Shown here: in pieces, positions 1-14,690 of the stretch | Numbering within the stretch: position 1 is the first letter of the stretch | How the letters are laid out: every line of letters starts with the position of its first letter | DNA from: Chrysomallon squamiferum | Taxonomy: Eukaryota; Animalia; Mollusca | Assembly: GCA_012295275.1 (NCBI GenBank) | Contig: CM022671.1 | Span: 18,662,001 to 18,726,000, forward strand | Length of the DNA: 64,000 nt | Direction of reading: 5' to 3' | Notes under the pieces: generated by a model | Databases searched by the model: none | What the model saw: the letters and a program-made list of their open reading frames with translations, nothing else | Told to the model about the DNA's origin: nothing | Position numbers and translations under genes: made by a program

Positions 1-815
1 GTGGTTCATCTAAACACGAAAATGATTATCCAATAAGGCGGCCTGTACTCAGAGCATTCAGTATTAGCTGTTTTTAAAACATCGTGTACGACAACCGGCC
101 GTATCGACTGGGACAGAAATAACCAGCTTTAGATGCAACGCGCAAAGCCACGAGTTAAAAATCCAATATTTTGTCCTTCTTTAACAACGAAGTGGAGGGC
201 AGAATGTGAAGGGGGGTTGGGGGAGTGATGTGGAGGATGGACGAGTAGGAAGAAATTGTAGCGAGTCAATATTAACTTAAATTGGACTTTCTCTCTCTCT
301 CTAGTTCGAAGAAGCAGCTAGTGCAACACTGAAAACACATCGAGAAATGTTGATATCGATTGAACAGTGACTTCCATGTGTCAGATACGATATAAGTCAT
401 TTTGGTGTTAATGTATTCTGATTCATTTATTTATTTTCCATTAATTAATTCATTCGCATCTTCATTATTCATTAATTTATTTATTTATTATTATTTTTTT
501 AATATATTATTGGCAACTCCTCTCTTTTTTCGAAATCCAATCGATCTGTATCCCTGTTTGTCTAAGTATACGACCGTCGACCTTCAGCTTATTTCTCTAT
601 TTGTTTGTCACGTCAATACACGTTTCTCTTCTCGCCTTTCCTTTAATCTTTGTACTAAAAAGCAATTACAGTAATACTAGTTGTAGTAGAACCAGTCAAA
701 CTAATGGTAGTAACTGAGGTACAGGTAATGGTAGTATTAAAATGTGTTATTGATTTCACTACCGTTAGGATTCTCTGCTGATTAAACAGGAATTTAAGAA
801 CGCACCAAAGCATGT

Positions 816-1327
<512 letters not shown>

Positions 1328-2700
1328 TCTTCCACTCTTTAATACGTACCAATAAAAAATGTTGTCATAAAAACTATTGACAAGATCTATCACCATGGCA
1401 ACGTCACCAAACATACCTGCATTAAATGAGAATGTCACTAGCTGATAACAAGCAGTTAATTTCATACTGAATGAAGTCACATTAATTGTCACGTCGTCGC
1501 CTGTACATAAACTGCACCAATGTGACCTTCACGCTAACGTTCGTGTTGCTGCTTGTCGGTTTTTTCCCTTCTAATTACACACAAACCGCTCGAACACAAA
1601 TAAAATGACAGGCGCATGCCATCGCAAGTATATAAAGAAGCACAGATATCGCAGTTTTGATGTTATCATTCATGGACGTATTGTTTTGTTAAAAACCTTG
1701 TCTGTCAGATTCCTGTATACGTCTTTTGTCTTCATTTTATTTAATGTTCATGAAAATAAATGTTTATGTATTAATATTGTGTGCATTTGCCATTTCGCTC
1801 ATACACAGTGTCTGCCAACAGTTGCAGACTCTGTATAATAATAAATAATATTCAACTAGATTCTCCGCCGCAGATAACAACTTGCTAACAAAATGTCAAA
1901 AACTGTCATAAACATTCGCATTTCTCTACAGATTTGAAAGCCGAAGTAACATTTCTTGAAGTAAAATATATATATAAAAAAATTAATAATTCTTTCTCTG
2001 GAACTGTGGCACTAAAGATATTCTTCATCTTTGGAATTTTAAAAATAGATTTGCCATTTAATGAGTCAGTATAAATAACAAAACGAAAGAGACGACAGAG
2101 GATGAAAGATACTCGTTTTAAATCCTCCAAGTCACATAAAGCTGCCATCAAAATGACATTGCTGCTGACAGACTGATTTTAATCTGTAGTACTAACTGTA
2201 AATGGCAGCTCTGACGTCAGTATAGAACATCGACCATAGCAGAACAATATTTTTTTTTTTTTTTTTGTCGTTTCGAATTAAAAAGGAAGAAAAAAAAAAA
2301 AAAAAAGAAAAAAAAAAAATCTGCAAGAAATTCATTTCTCATTTCCTTTGCAATCGACCAAGTTAGAGATGTCACCAACAAATCAACATTGTTTTCATCA
2401 CACTGATGTGGAAAGCGACTGAAACACAGTAGTTTGTAAGATCAATGCCACTCGGATCCAAATTAGTCTTTGTATATGTCATTCGAAGCTTATGAGAACG
2501 TTCAAAGATTAGTGTACTGTGGGACAGTAATACAGATTTAAAAAAACAACAAATGAACTAACAAACAAACGAACAAATAAATAAAGAAATAAGTAAATTT
2601 GTAAACAAATAATATAAAGAACCCTTTATTTGTTAATCATCCATAATTGCGTTATTTAATTTGATATACACATACAATTATATATATATGTGTATGTATG

Positions 2701-2738
<38 letters not shown>

Positions 2739-2843
2739 TGTGTATATCAGATTATACATATACATACACACACACGTATATATAAACAATACAATATCAA
2801 AAGTTAATAAACAAATAATTGGTTACTAAAATATATATTCCTT

Positions 2844-2874
<31 letters not shown>

Positions 2875-3295
2875 TTATTCTTCTTATTATTATTATTATT
2901 ATAAATCTTGGTTTGAACTATCTAACAATCGTCAAGATACAGATACAAAACTAAAACACCTCTTCCTTAATCCTTGACATTCAACGCTAACTCGTGATGC
3001 TACAAGAAAGTCATTTCGTGATGTTTTGACATTTAGAAATCAATCTAAAACACAGATTCTGATCTTACGATAGGAGACACACCAACATGAATGCTTTGGG
3101 CACTGTTGAAAGCTAATTGCTTCATCACCCAACAATCTCTTTTCTCAGAATAAACGCTAAAAATTTAGAACAAGAAGACCTGATAGAGATCACACTGAGA
3201 AATTACAAACAGGACGTCAGTAATCGCATTTCATTTTATTACCATTTGTCTTACTAAATTATTATATGCTCAAACACATATAAACACTCACCACA

Positions 3296-3362
<67 letters not shown>

Positions 3363-4476
3363 ACACTAAAATAAATACATAAATTCAGGGAGGAAATTTG
3401 CCTAGATAAAAAAAAAAGAAAAAAAAAGAAAAAAAAAAAAAACCGGGACTGGAAACTCTAACGTGAAGATGAAAAAGAAAAAACAGAACGGCAGATAGAA
3501 CAATAAAATATCAAATGTACATATATACACACACACGTATAAACATATGTACATACATATACACTTACCTACATACTTTCTTACATCCATACATACATAC
3601 ATTTATGCATATAATCAAATACACATTCTTACGTAATACACCTACATACATAAATCCTGTAACTTTTATTATTATCGTAAATATTTGCTTTCAGAACGGT
3701 TCCTCTTATTTCCTTTCTACCTGTTTACAACTAGAAATACATTCAACATCTACACATGTATTGAATAAAATATCAAACACTGAAGATATTCTAACTAAAA
3801 TCTCAGACTCGGATATACGAAAAAACTTAAACCTGGAAATTACAGTGAGGCTTCTAAATATTTATCAGCTTCAGGCCAAAATACGTTATCTGGTTATCCG
3901 CAATCAAGTTAAAATACAAAACCAGTTTTCACTAACTCGATTGTTTAGGCTGGCCTGAAGAATTTTTAGCAGCTTAATATCTCTTGGCACCACCACTCTC
4001 GTAATTCCCACTGACCTCGTGTTTTCTATGCGACCACAAGCATCGACCGAGGTCTGGCGAATGGTCCATTCTATGAATAATTCCAATACGTTGTCAGTTT
4101 TTGACTAATTCATGAAATCAGAAAATAAGGAGTACTGCATCGTGTGTTTTGCAAACAAACAAACGTAGACACATTTTTTTTTTTTTGTAAACGCAGACAC
4201 ATTAAAAGATGCAATAAATATGTGGCCAATTTAATAGAACATTAGTGTATAGTTATGCAAGCAAAAACTGACGAAGACCATAATTCATACATATTTTCTT
4301 TTGTGAACAGTCTCAATATATAGCATAGCTCGTTAATAAAGAGATACAAAAGACACACACACACAGACACAGACTCACACACACACACACACACACACAC
4401 AGAGATATAAAAAGTTATGACACACAACTTATCCGACAGGTGGATGACAGAGATAATGAAAAGATGATTCATCCAA

Positions 4477-4575
<99 letters not shown>

Positions 4576-5598
4576 GACAGAAATTATAATTAAAAGAAAT
4601 ATATTTATGCCTTAAACACCATGTGTTATAAAACAAATTAAATATAGCGACATACGGTATGTAGTGACTAAGTGGTCTTGTTTTGTTAGGCGTTCACATG
4701 AACAGTCGTGTTGCCATTTATTGACATTTTATCATTTTCACACCTCTCCAACATGTTAATAACATCTGCTTTCGTCCTCCTATGGGAATATTATATTGCA
4801 TGAACTTTAAACCGTAAAAAAAAAAAAAAAAAAAAAAAAAAACGTTTTATGTTGCTAGGTTCATGCAAGTATTTGTTAAAACATTAACAGTTTCATTAAA
4901 AAGTTGCTTAAAATAATGTTTAAATTTAAAAAGAAAAAGAAAAAAAACCAAAAAAAAACAAACAATAAACCGAACAAGTAAACAACAAAAACAAAAATTC
5001 CGAACAATAATAAAATAAACTAAAATGATAATAATAATAATAATAAAAAAATACAAAATTAAATAAATAAACAAATGAAACCCAGACAGCAGGAGTCAGT
5101 ATGCACAGTAACAGTGAAGAATGAACTCGTAAAATAAATCCTAATTTGAACTTATAAATCAAATCTATAAAAGCTCGGATGTACAATCTACGAAAATGTC
5201 TCTTTGTAAGTGAAAAATTGCCTTTTTGTAATGATTTTTTCACTTTAAATTGGATTTTACCGTTTCTTGGGAGTACGCCTGCAGCTTTATGTTCTAACAT
5301 CCAGTGCAAATGTTTTGTGTAAATGAACCACTCTGCAGAATAGGTGGAAGTTCGGTTTTCATATTTTAAGTTTTACACTTTAGTTACAAACATACAACTT
5401 GTGTGATACTTGCTGAAAGAGATAATTTGGTTTATTCATGCTTGGAAATGTTTATGAATTTGCGGTCATGTAATCGATAAAAATAATTAACGCATTTTTT
5501 TAGAGAATTCGAGTTAAGATGGTAATTAATATCTATTAAAATGGAATTAGTTCAAACACAGTCTGTAAATTAAACAATTATAACTACATAATAAATTG

Positions 5599-5652
5599 GA
5601 GAAGAAAATATAAAAGTACAAAAATGTAAAAAAAATTAAATTAATCTTATTC

Positions 5653-5738
<86 letters not shown>
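5599..5738 (-). repeat. Inverted copy of the ~55-bp motif followed by (TG)n(AG)n microsatellite
   Basis: 5599-5654 (gagaagaaaatataaaagtacaaaaatgt...ttaatcttattctg) is the near-exact reverse complement of the motif at 932/1023/1126. Confidence 0.9.
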
Positions 5739-5741
<3 letters not shown>

Positions 5742-6684
5742 CGAAGCAGACAGTTCATCTGTTCACATATAAAATGTTAACAGTAACCTGAACAAAACCA
5801 TCTGATGTCGCAATGTGATTCCATGAAAAGTTCAATTTAAAGTCAACTGACACTAAAATATCAGTCCAGTTTATCTTTATAATGCCTTCACCACTGGTGC
5901 CATGAATTCTGTGAAGCCTTCATTCTTTGAATTTCAAATGTCATTTGTTAATAAAATGTCAGGTTTTAAATTTCCTAATAATCTTCCAGTAGACACCGTC
6001 TTTAGACATTTTGGGGGTTATGATTTCTTCATTAACGTAGACATTTTCTATTATTTTGTAGTAATCTATAAAATATTTTGTATCAAGTTTAAAATATCAA
6101 TAATGTTTTATTTCTATAAATGTTATGAAGATGATGTGTGTCTTGCACATATGTAAATATGTCTAGTTTGTGTCAGCAAGCATTAAACACTTGAAATTAT
6201 CGTCACAAAGTTTTATTTTTATAAAATAATTAAAAATAACACAAAACAAAACTGAAAATTCAAGGACAAACAAATTCACCCCACTTAAGAAATTACAAAA
6301 AAAAAAAAAAACTATCAAGTACAAGACAAAACAACAAACAAGAAACCTCAACGAAATCAGCTAAAAACTTGATGTCCTAGACAGAGAGTGCTTAGATGGG
6401 GAGATCTTGGTTCTAATATGCAAATGGTGATAATTACATGATGAAAACATGCATTCAATTTTTAACCATTTTACTTAAAATCCGATATAAAATAACATTT
6501 CATCTTCGTCTGATGCTGGTTCCAGTATTTATGACACAAACAGAAAATACAGTCTTAGCACAAACTAACAATTCTTCGTTGTTAATGATTACTCCTTTCA
6601 AACCAGCAGAAAGTATTTAATATGTTCAGCAGACAAAGTAGTTGAGCAAGGGTTTACTTCCTTTTGTTTGTTTTGTATAAAAAA

Positions 6685-6715
<31 letters not shown>

Positions 6716-7483
6716 GTAAAATTTCTGAATTGAAGATGAATTATTCAGTAAGACACAGGATATATTTTATCCCAGTGCGATAATGTTTATCGATTATACG
6801 ACAGCGCCCGAGGCATTTAATTGGACACTGTTACAGTTTCTGATAGGCCATCGAATTTTACTTTTCTTCCTTGTAGAAATCCAGTGCAGTAATTGAGTGA
6901 TTGGTTGTAAGTGTCACTATGCGAATGGTAATTGATACCCGCTTCCTTAAATGACTTCGTTATTTTTGCTGCACTCGAAACTGCATAATATAAACGAGAA
7001 TGCATGTTCGGTGTTGTTGTTGTTGTTGTTGTTGTTGATATTGTTGTTGTTTGTCTAAAAGTACTTTTATCATCGTTATCTGGTAGTTATCGACACATCA
7101 AAAACAAATCTTACTTTCTCAGCTGTATTGAAATTCATTGTTTAACAGTGTCATATATCTATATCTATCTATCTGTATATATGTAACATACACAAAAAAG
7201 AAAAAACCACAAAAAACCCACACATGGCCTCAAAATACAAAAAATACAAAGACTTACTCTTTGACCGATGCAAAGGCAACACTCAAATAATCTTTGTAAG
7301 TCACCATTAACAGAGAAGGACTGTACGTGTAAAATCCAGCTTTATTTACAGTGACTTACGATTCATCATCAAAACCATACATCTGTATAGTACATATTTA
7401 TCTTATATCACTGATCCAAAATGTATCTGTCTGGGACTGTATTGTATTTACTTCAATAAATTACTTATTACACACACACACAG

Positions 7484-7541
<58 letters not shown>

Positions 7542-8259
7542 TTTTTACATCTTTGGTGTTTAATTGCTTGTTCAGATCTTAAAAGAGCATTTTGAAAAGG
7601 GTTTTCTTTAAAAAAATGACAAATAAATTGTAGTTATTTAAGGAGTCTTTTGTTTTGATGTATAGCGACAAAGAAATCAATACACAGCAATCTACTGTTG
7701 TTGAGAGTGGTGAATTGAGACACAAAAGAGTTAATATTATTTAGTTTTTACATTATAGAGGACTGCATGATAAAAGAAATAATTGGTTATTGACTAAATA
7801 TAACTGCTTTATCCTGCTCAGGTTCAATCACAAAGGTAGAGCTTTTAAAACCATAAATTCAGTAAAACATAGCTAAAGATATTCGTGATAATTAAAGTTT
7901 ATATTTGTGTACTTACATAACGAGTACCTTCATTCATTTAAAATAATTAATAAATATCACCACCACCACCACCACCAACAACAACAACAATAATAATAAT
8001 AAATGAAAGATGAAGAAAATATATCATGGTTCAGTAATTTGAAATTATTCCTGGTTTGAAAATCTCAGGAAATGTTTTGGCGTAAGCGGATTTCCTCTCC
8101 CTTGATTCTTTTATCCGGCTAAATTATTGTTCAGTTACGTCAGTGACATTAGCATAATCAATAGATTGATGTTAGTTTGTACACTGATTCTAACAATATT
8201 TCGTAAAAGAAACTAATATGGTGATTTGTATTTAGCTTCAATATCCTGCATTTCATATT

Positions 8260-8304
<45 letters not shown>

Positions 8305-11300
8305 CATACATACATATATATATATAGACTGACAGAGTGAAATTAAATTAAAACTGTGATTTGTGAACGGATGGACACTTAAAGATACGGAACAGTCTAT
8401 ATATGTATGTATCTATGTATGTATGTATGCATATGTGTGTGTTGCGTTTTGTGTGAATAACTCTACGTGTGTTTGTCTCTTTGTCTGTCTTTCCAACTGA
8501 CCACTCATTCATCCATCCGTCCATCAGAGTTTTATTGTCTTGCTATCAATCCACCCGTTTATTTCAAAGGAATTAGTTTTTCTGAAAAGCTTAAAAAAAA
8601 AAACACAACCTTTTCGCTTTTGCTCTGATTTTAGCACTAATTAATCCTCCTTGTAATTTCATACATTAGTAGCACGTTGAAAGAAATTCTTAGACCAAAG
8701 TTTAAGGTGTTTTCTTTTTTCTTTTACTTATTTTTTTTTATTTTATTTATTTATTTGTTTTGTATATTTAATATACATCCCTTTTAACATATTTCGGTAT
8801 GTATACTTAACAAAGAAGGATCTTTGAAAAGACCGGATTTTGCTAATGGTATGAAAATATCCATTTGTCAGAACGAGGAAAATGCATAAGAAAATAAATG
8901 AATGAATAGATTAGCTAATTAATGGAATGAATGAGAATGTAAAGAAATGAAATATTAAACATAAATAAATAAATAAATAAACCATTGGCTACACGATATG
9001 AATAAGCATATAAATATTTCTTAAACGGCCATTAGTATAAAACAGAGTTGTCGTGAATCATTTGCTTTATCTTATTGTCTGTTATTTCGAGTGGGTGGAT
9101 GAAACCAGAATGTCACGAGTTTATTTTAAACTCTTCAAGAATATGCGTGCTGTTTCCCTACATTGCTAAAATAACCATAGATACGACACCAAATAACAGC
9201 ATTTATTAATCTTACTGGGTTTTTTTTGTTTTTTTTGTTGTTTTTTTCTGTTGAAACCCATTTCTCGGAATGTTTCCATCAGCTGGTGCCTTGAGTTGAA
9301 TACGACATTTTATCGTGTTTTGGCAACAAAGGCATTTGTCACTGACAGACTATAAATGTAGTTTATTAGCTTTCTTGTGTAAACCATTTTAAAGTCACAG
9401 ACACTTTGGGGTTGGTATAGAATTAAAACAAACAAAAAAAAATAAAATAAAATAAAAAGAAGACGGGGAAAAACAAATGTGAAAAATAAAGAGAGGCAAT
9501 AAAGGAAAGGAACGCTTTAACTCACAGAAATCAGGGTTCATAATTTTAATGTCCAAGTTTGTTGTTCTATATTTATATTTATATTTATATTTATATAGTA
9601 TTTTTTAGCGATGTATGTCAAACTGACTTTCGATAGTTTCACATCAAGTTTCAGAGGTCTTTCAATGACTTAAAAACAACTATACACCTGAAAACAATTA
9701 AGAAATTCCTGTCAAATGATTGTTTTAGTATCAGTAGATCAGTGAGAAAAACGTATCTAATAACATTTTTACTAATAAACTTTTCAAGCAACCGTCTGTA
9801 GTTTGTTTTCGATTATGATAATTATTAATTCGATTATACATTCAAGTCGATTTATTTAATTGCACGCTTTTATCATGGATTATTAAATAATTTTATTAAA
9901 TCACCAATCAAAATTTACGGTAATTGTTTTCGGAATTATTCGAAATATTCTTCTTCTAAAGAACAGTTGTCAAAATCGTTGTAGACGATATTTCGCAACA
10001 AAAAGGCATGATGACATCGAAGTAAAAAAATATATAAAAAGGTTTCTTTAAGCGTAGAGCTTAACTTGAGCGTATTTTTATGTTCATTTCTTCCATTTTC
10101 TGAGCTGGCGTGGCTCAAAGTTACATAAAACTTGCAGCTTTCTTATTGAAAAAATTATCTTTTTGCCAAAATATGTACCTGTACCAGACTATTTATCCAA
10201 CAAGCTTGGAACCGGAGATTTTTTGGTTTTCAGGACCAAAGCTTAATAAGAACTTGAAATATAAAAAATGAAAGGCAAAGAATGATACTGTATTTAAATT
10301 TTATAAATTAACAGACTTTCCTAAAGCAGGAGTAATGGTCTGTACCTCTTTGCTGAATTTTTCAAGGCCGTAACTTATTTAGCTGGCACTGCACGAATCT
10401 AGAATAGTTTGCATAATGACGTCAAATTCTCCCACTACAAAGGTACATACTACATATAACTATATCATACTGCAGCTGATGATTAAATATAATAAAATGA
10501 TATTATCATATATGATATAATATGATAGGGTACGATATGATACTACAGACAGGACACGACTCTCTACGATACGATACAATATAATAATAATAATAATAAA
10601 AAAAACATAATTCTATACAATGCAATACTGTATGGTTTGATATAATGTAATTTAACATAACGACATAATCATTGGACATGATTTAATACAAGTAATGTAA
10701 CGTTACAATATAAAACACTTTAATCAGTATAAATTAACAGTAATTTAATGTAAAGGAGAAACAAACTCAACGGTACTAGTATAATATAAACTGACTCATT
10801 TTCTTCCATACGAAATTTATATATTTATTTATTTTTTTATTTATTCCTTTCTAACTGTTTAGTTCATTTATCATATTAACCGAACATTTCATGAATGAGT
10901 TTCTGAAAATGTCAACTATTTTACTGCTGTTGAACCCGAGTCAGTTTATTATGACTTAAATTATAACTGACGATAACAACACCCACAACTTGCCTTCATT
11001 AACCAGTCACAGAAAATTAATTACACCTCAACACTGGTAAACAGAGTTAGACTCAGCAACTTGTGAATTATTGACCACGCAAATCCCTTGTAAAAAAAAA
11101 AAAAAAAAAAAAAAATCGATAGGGAAAAACATTTGTTTTCGGATGGCTACATTTAATCCTTACTGGGATAAGACACTTAATGGATTTATCTTGTAACGGT
11201 ATGTCTATATGCACAAGAATTTACTTGTTTGCATTTGTTATCGACATTACAAAAATCCTGTGGTCATTTTGCAACCTGTTTCTGCTGTAATGTTTGTATA

Positions 11301-12235
11301 ATTACCGCCAAGCGTGAAAAGTCACAGTTTAGCAGCAAGTTTTAATATGTGTGTGATCTGTGATAAACAAGTAAGCAAAATTTAAATAATCAGGTAATTA
11401 TATGATATGCTTTAGTATGTCTATTTTAAATGTTTAAAAAGTCCAACAAAATATCAATAAAGGAACGAAGAAACAAAATTGTGGTAAATAAATACGTTAA
11501 CTGATGTACAGAAGGACACAGTTATAGATAATTAGGTACACGGACAAACAGGCAAAGAGACAAGTAAATAAATAAAAATTTGTAAGTATTATTATACATA
11601 GATAGGTGAAAAGATAAACACACATACTCGTCTACAGATAGATAGATAGACACATAATTTAAATCAAATTTCGACGAAGAAGTTTATTCTCTCAGGACTA
11701 TAATAACAGGGTGTAATAAAATACATTAACACTGTATGCAGATATAACTCAGTGTATTGCTAAATGTGTGTAATTTCAGTAGATGTAATTAGCCAAACCA
11801 GCGTAAAAAGGAATTTCTTTGAATACGAAACAAGGACAGGCATTAATAAATCACTAACTATGTAATCTGATCTATGTGTTTTCTTTTGTAAATACAGATT
11901 GTATTGATTCATCTACAGTTGTAATTCTGATTATTGTGTGGTTGCGGGCACTCCACATAATTATATATTTTTATAAGAATGACTTAAGTTAATATTCATC
12001 GTCAATGAATGCATTAATGTATGTGTTTGTGTGGGCATGTTTATGTATGTGTGTGTTTATAAGTGTTAATAAATGAACGACTGTTTACCAGTTCCTTGAA
12101 TTATTTTCATATTAACTGTTATTAATATGTTGGGGAACAATAGTTGCAATAAATGGCAGAGATATCCACTGCAAACTGTTGTTTTATGAACTATTGTTAT
12201 CAATCAGTAAACATTGTGCAGTAGACAAACAATTT

Positions 12236-13713
12236 TGTATTCAGTAAAACAGATACCAAGGTATTTGATACACGCTACACGTGTATTCAGTAAAACACAT
12301 ACCAAGGTATTTGATACACACTACTCGTGTAGTCAGTAAAACACATACCAAGGTATTTGATACACGCTACACGTGTATTCAGTAAAACACATACCAAGGT
12401 ATTTGATACACGCTACTCGTGTAGTCAGTAAAACACATACCAAGGTCATTGATACACACTACACGTGTATTCAGTAAAACACATACCAAGGTCATTGATA
12501 CACGCTACTCGTGTAGTCAGTAAAACACATACCAAGGTATTTGATACACGCTACTCGTGTAGTCAGTAAAACACATACCAAGGTATTTGATACACGCTAC
12601 TCGTGTGGTCAGTAAAACACATACTAAGGTATTTGATACACACTACACGTGTAGTCAGTAAAACACATACCAAGGTATTTGATACACGCTACTCGTGTAG
12701 TCAGTAAAACACATACCAAGGTCAATTGATACACGCTACTCGTGTAGTCAGTAAAACACATACCAAGGTATTTGATACACGCTACTCGTGCAGTCAGTAA
12801 AACACATACCAAGGTCATTTGATACACGCTACTCGTGCAGTCAGTAAAACACATACCAAGGTATTTGATACACGCTACTCGTGTATTCAGTAAAACACAT
12901 ACCAAGGTATTTGATACACGCTACTCGTGTAGTCAATAAAACACATACCAAGGTCATTGATACACGCTACTCGTGTAGTCAGTAAAACACATACCAAGGT
13001 CATTGATACAAGCTACTCATGTAGTCAGTAAAACACATACCAAGGTATTTGATACACGCTACTCGTGTATTCAGTAAAACACATACCAAGGTATTTGATA
13101 CACACTACTCGTGTAGTCAGTAAAACACATACCAAGGTATTTGATACACACTACTCGTGTATTCAGTAAAACACATACCAAGGTATTTGATACACGCTAC
13201 TCGTGTAGTCAGTAAAACACACACCAAGGTCATTGATACACACTACTCGTGTAGTCAGTAAAACACATACCAAGGTCATTGATACAAGCTACTCGTGTAG
13301 TCAGTAAAACACATACCAAGGTATTTGATACACGCTACTCGTGTAGTCAGTAAAACACATACCAACGTATTTGATACACGCTACACGTGTAGTCAGTAAA
13401 ACACATACCAAGGTCATTGATACACGCTACTCGTGTAGTCAGTAAAACACATACCAAGGTATTTGATACACGCTACACGTGTAGTCAGTAAAACACATAC
13501 CAAGGTATTTGATACACGCTACACGTGTAGTCAGTAAAACACATACCAACGTATTTGATACACGCTACTCGTGTAGTCAGTAAAACACATACCAAGGTAT
13601 TTGATACACGCTACACGTGTATTCAGTCAAACACATACCAAGGTATTTGATACACGCTACACTTGCGGTCAGTAAAACACATACCAAGGTCATTGATACA
13701 CGCTACTCGTGTG
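12236..13713. repeat. 46-bp minisatellite, ~32 tandem copies
   Basis: Unit cagtaaaacacataccaaggtatttgatacacgctactcgtgtagt; starts at 12242, 12288 etc. give period 46. No unique spacers. Confidence 0.97.
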
Positions 13714-14587
13714 TAACCAGCTGGAACGGGAAATAGCATAATAGCCGAAAATTGAAGGATCTATTCTTTGCCGGTATAAAAATATCACAGTTATAATATT
13801 TCATTATGTGTGTATGCATGTCTGACTGTCTGTATGTTTGTATGAATGTCTCTCTCTCTCTCTCTCTATATATATAAATGTCTGTATGTCTGTATGTATG
13901 TATCTACGTAGGTGTGTATGTAGTAGAGACCATACTAAAGTAGACAGAAAAACAGAGAAACTAACATACAAAGAGATATAGATAACTAGACAGAAATATG
14001 AAGATAGTTAATTAATTAAAAGGACGATGGTGATATTAACACAGGGTATGATAAACTCATAGTAATAATAATATTACACTGATAAAGTTGTTCATATTAA
14101 ATACAATTAAAATAAACCTTTACGAAAGAGAATATAGTGATGACGTATAATGCGCTGGCCCGTATTCCTCAAAACAAATGCATATTTTATAATATTTACA
14201 GGAATATACAGAAACCATGATAAGCGGATCCCTAAGCGTTAGAATGACACATTTAATCAGGAAGTGAGAGGTGTGGTATAATTCGTAGATGGTCATCGAT
14301 TTTGGATGATAAAATGGTCGATAAATAAAGTGAAAGATATATATGTAAAATGGACCTATGAGAATGAAAGAAAAAAGAAGTGAGAGGTAAAGAAAGAAAG
14401 CGAGAGAAAGAAGAGAATTAGAGAGAGAAAAAAAAAATTAAGGTAGGAAAGAGAAAAAAGGATAAGAAAGAGCAAGAGAGAGGAGAGAAAGAATGGATAA
14501 AAGAGAGAAAAAGAGAGCGAAAGAGAAGAAAGGAAAGAAATAGAGAGAGAAAGAGAAAGGAGATAAACAGATAGATAGAGACAGCAG

Positions 14588-14596
14588 TGTGAGAGA

Positions 14597-14688
<92 letters not shown>
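14588..14688. repeat. (GA)n microsatellite (one of many; others near 4480-4580, 16786-16940, 20745-20886, 26340-26485, 32105-32180, 39170-39249, 41266-41346)
   Basis: Direct reading. Confidence 0.95.

Positions 14689-14690
<2 letters not shown>

Noticed and set aside
10176-10240. Possible remnant TIR similar to the mariner-type MITE
   Set aside because: Similarity too weak and no matching opposite end found.
12236-13713. CRISPR-like array
   Set aside because: Units are contiguous with no unique spacers, there are no cas genes and the context is eukaryotic; it is a minisatellite. The ORF 12624-12905 is a by-product.
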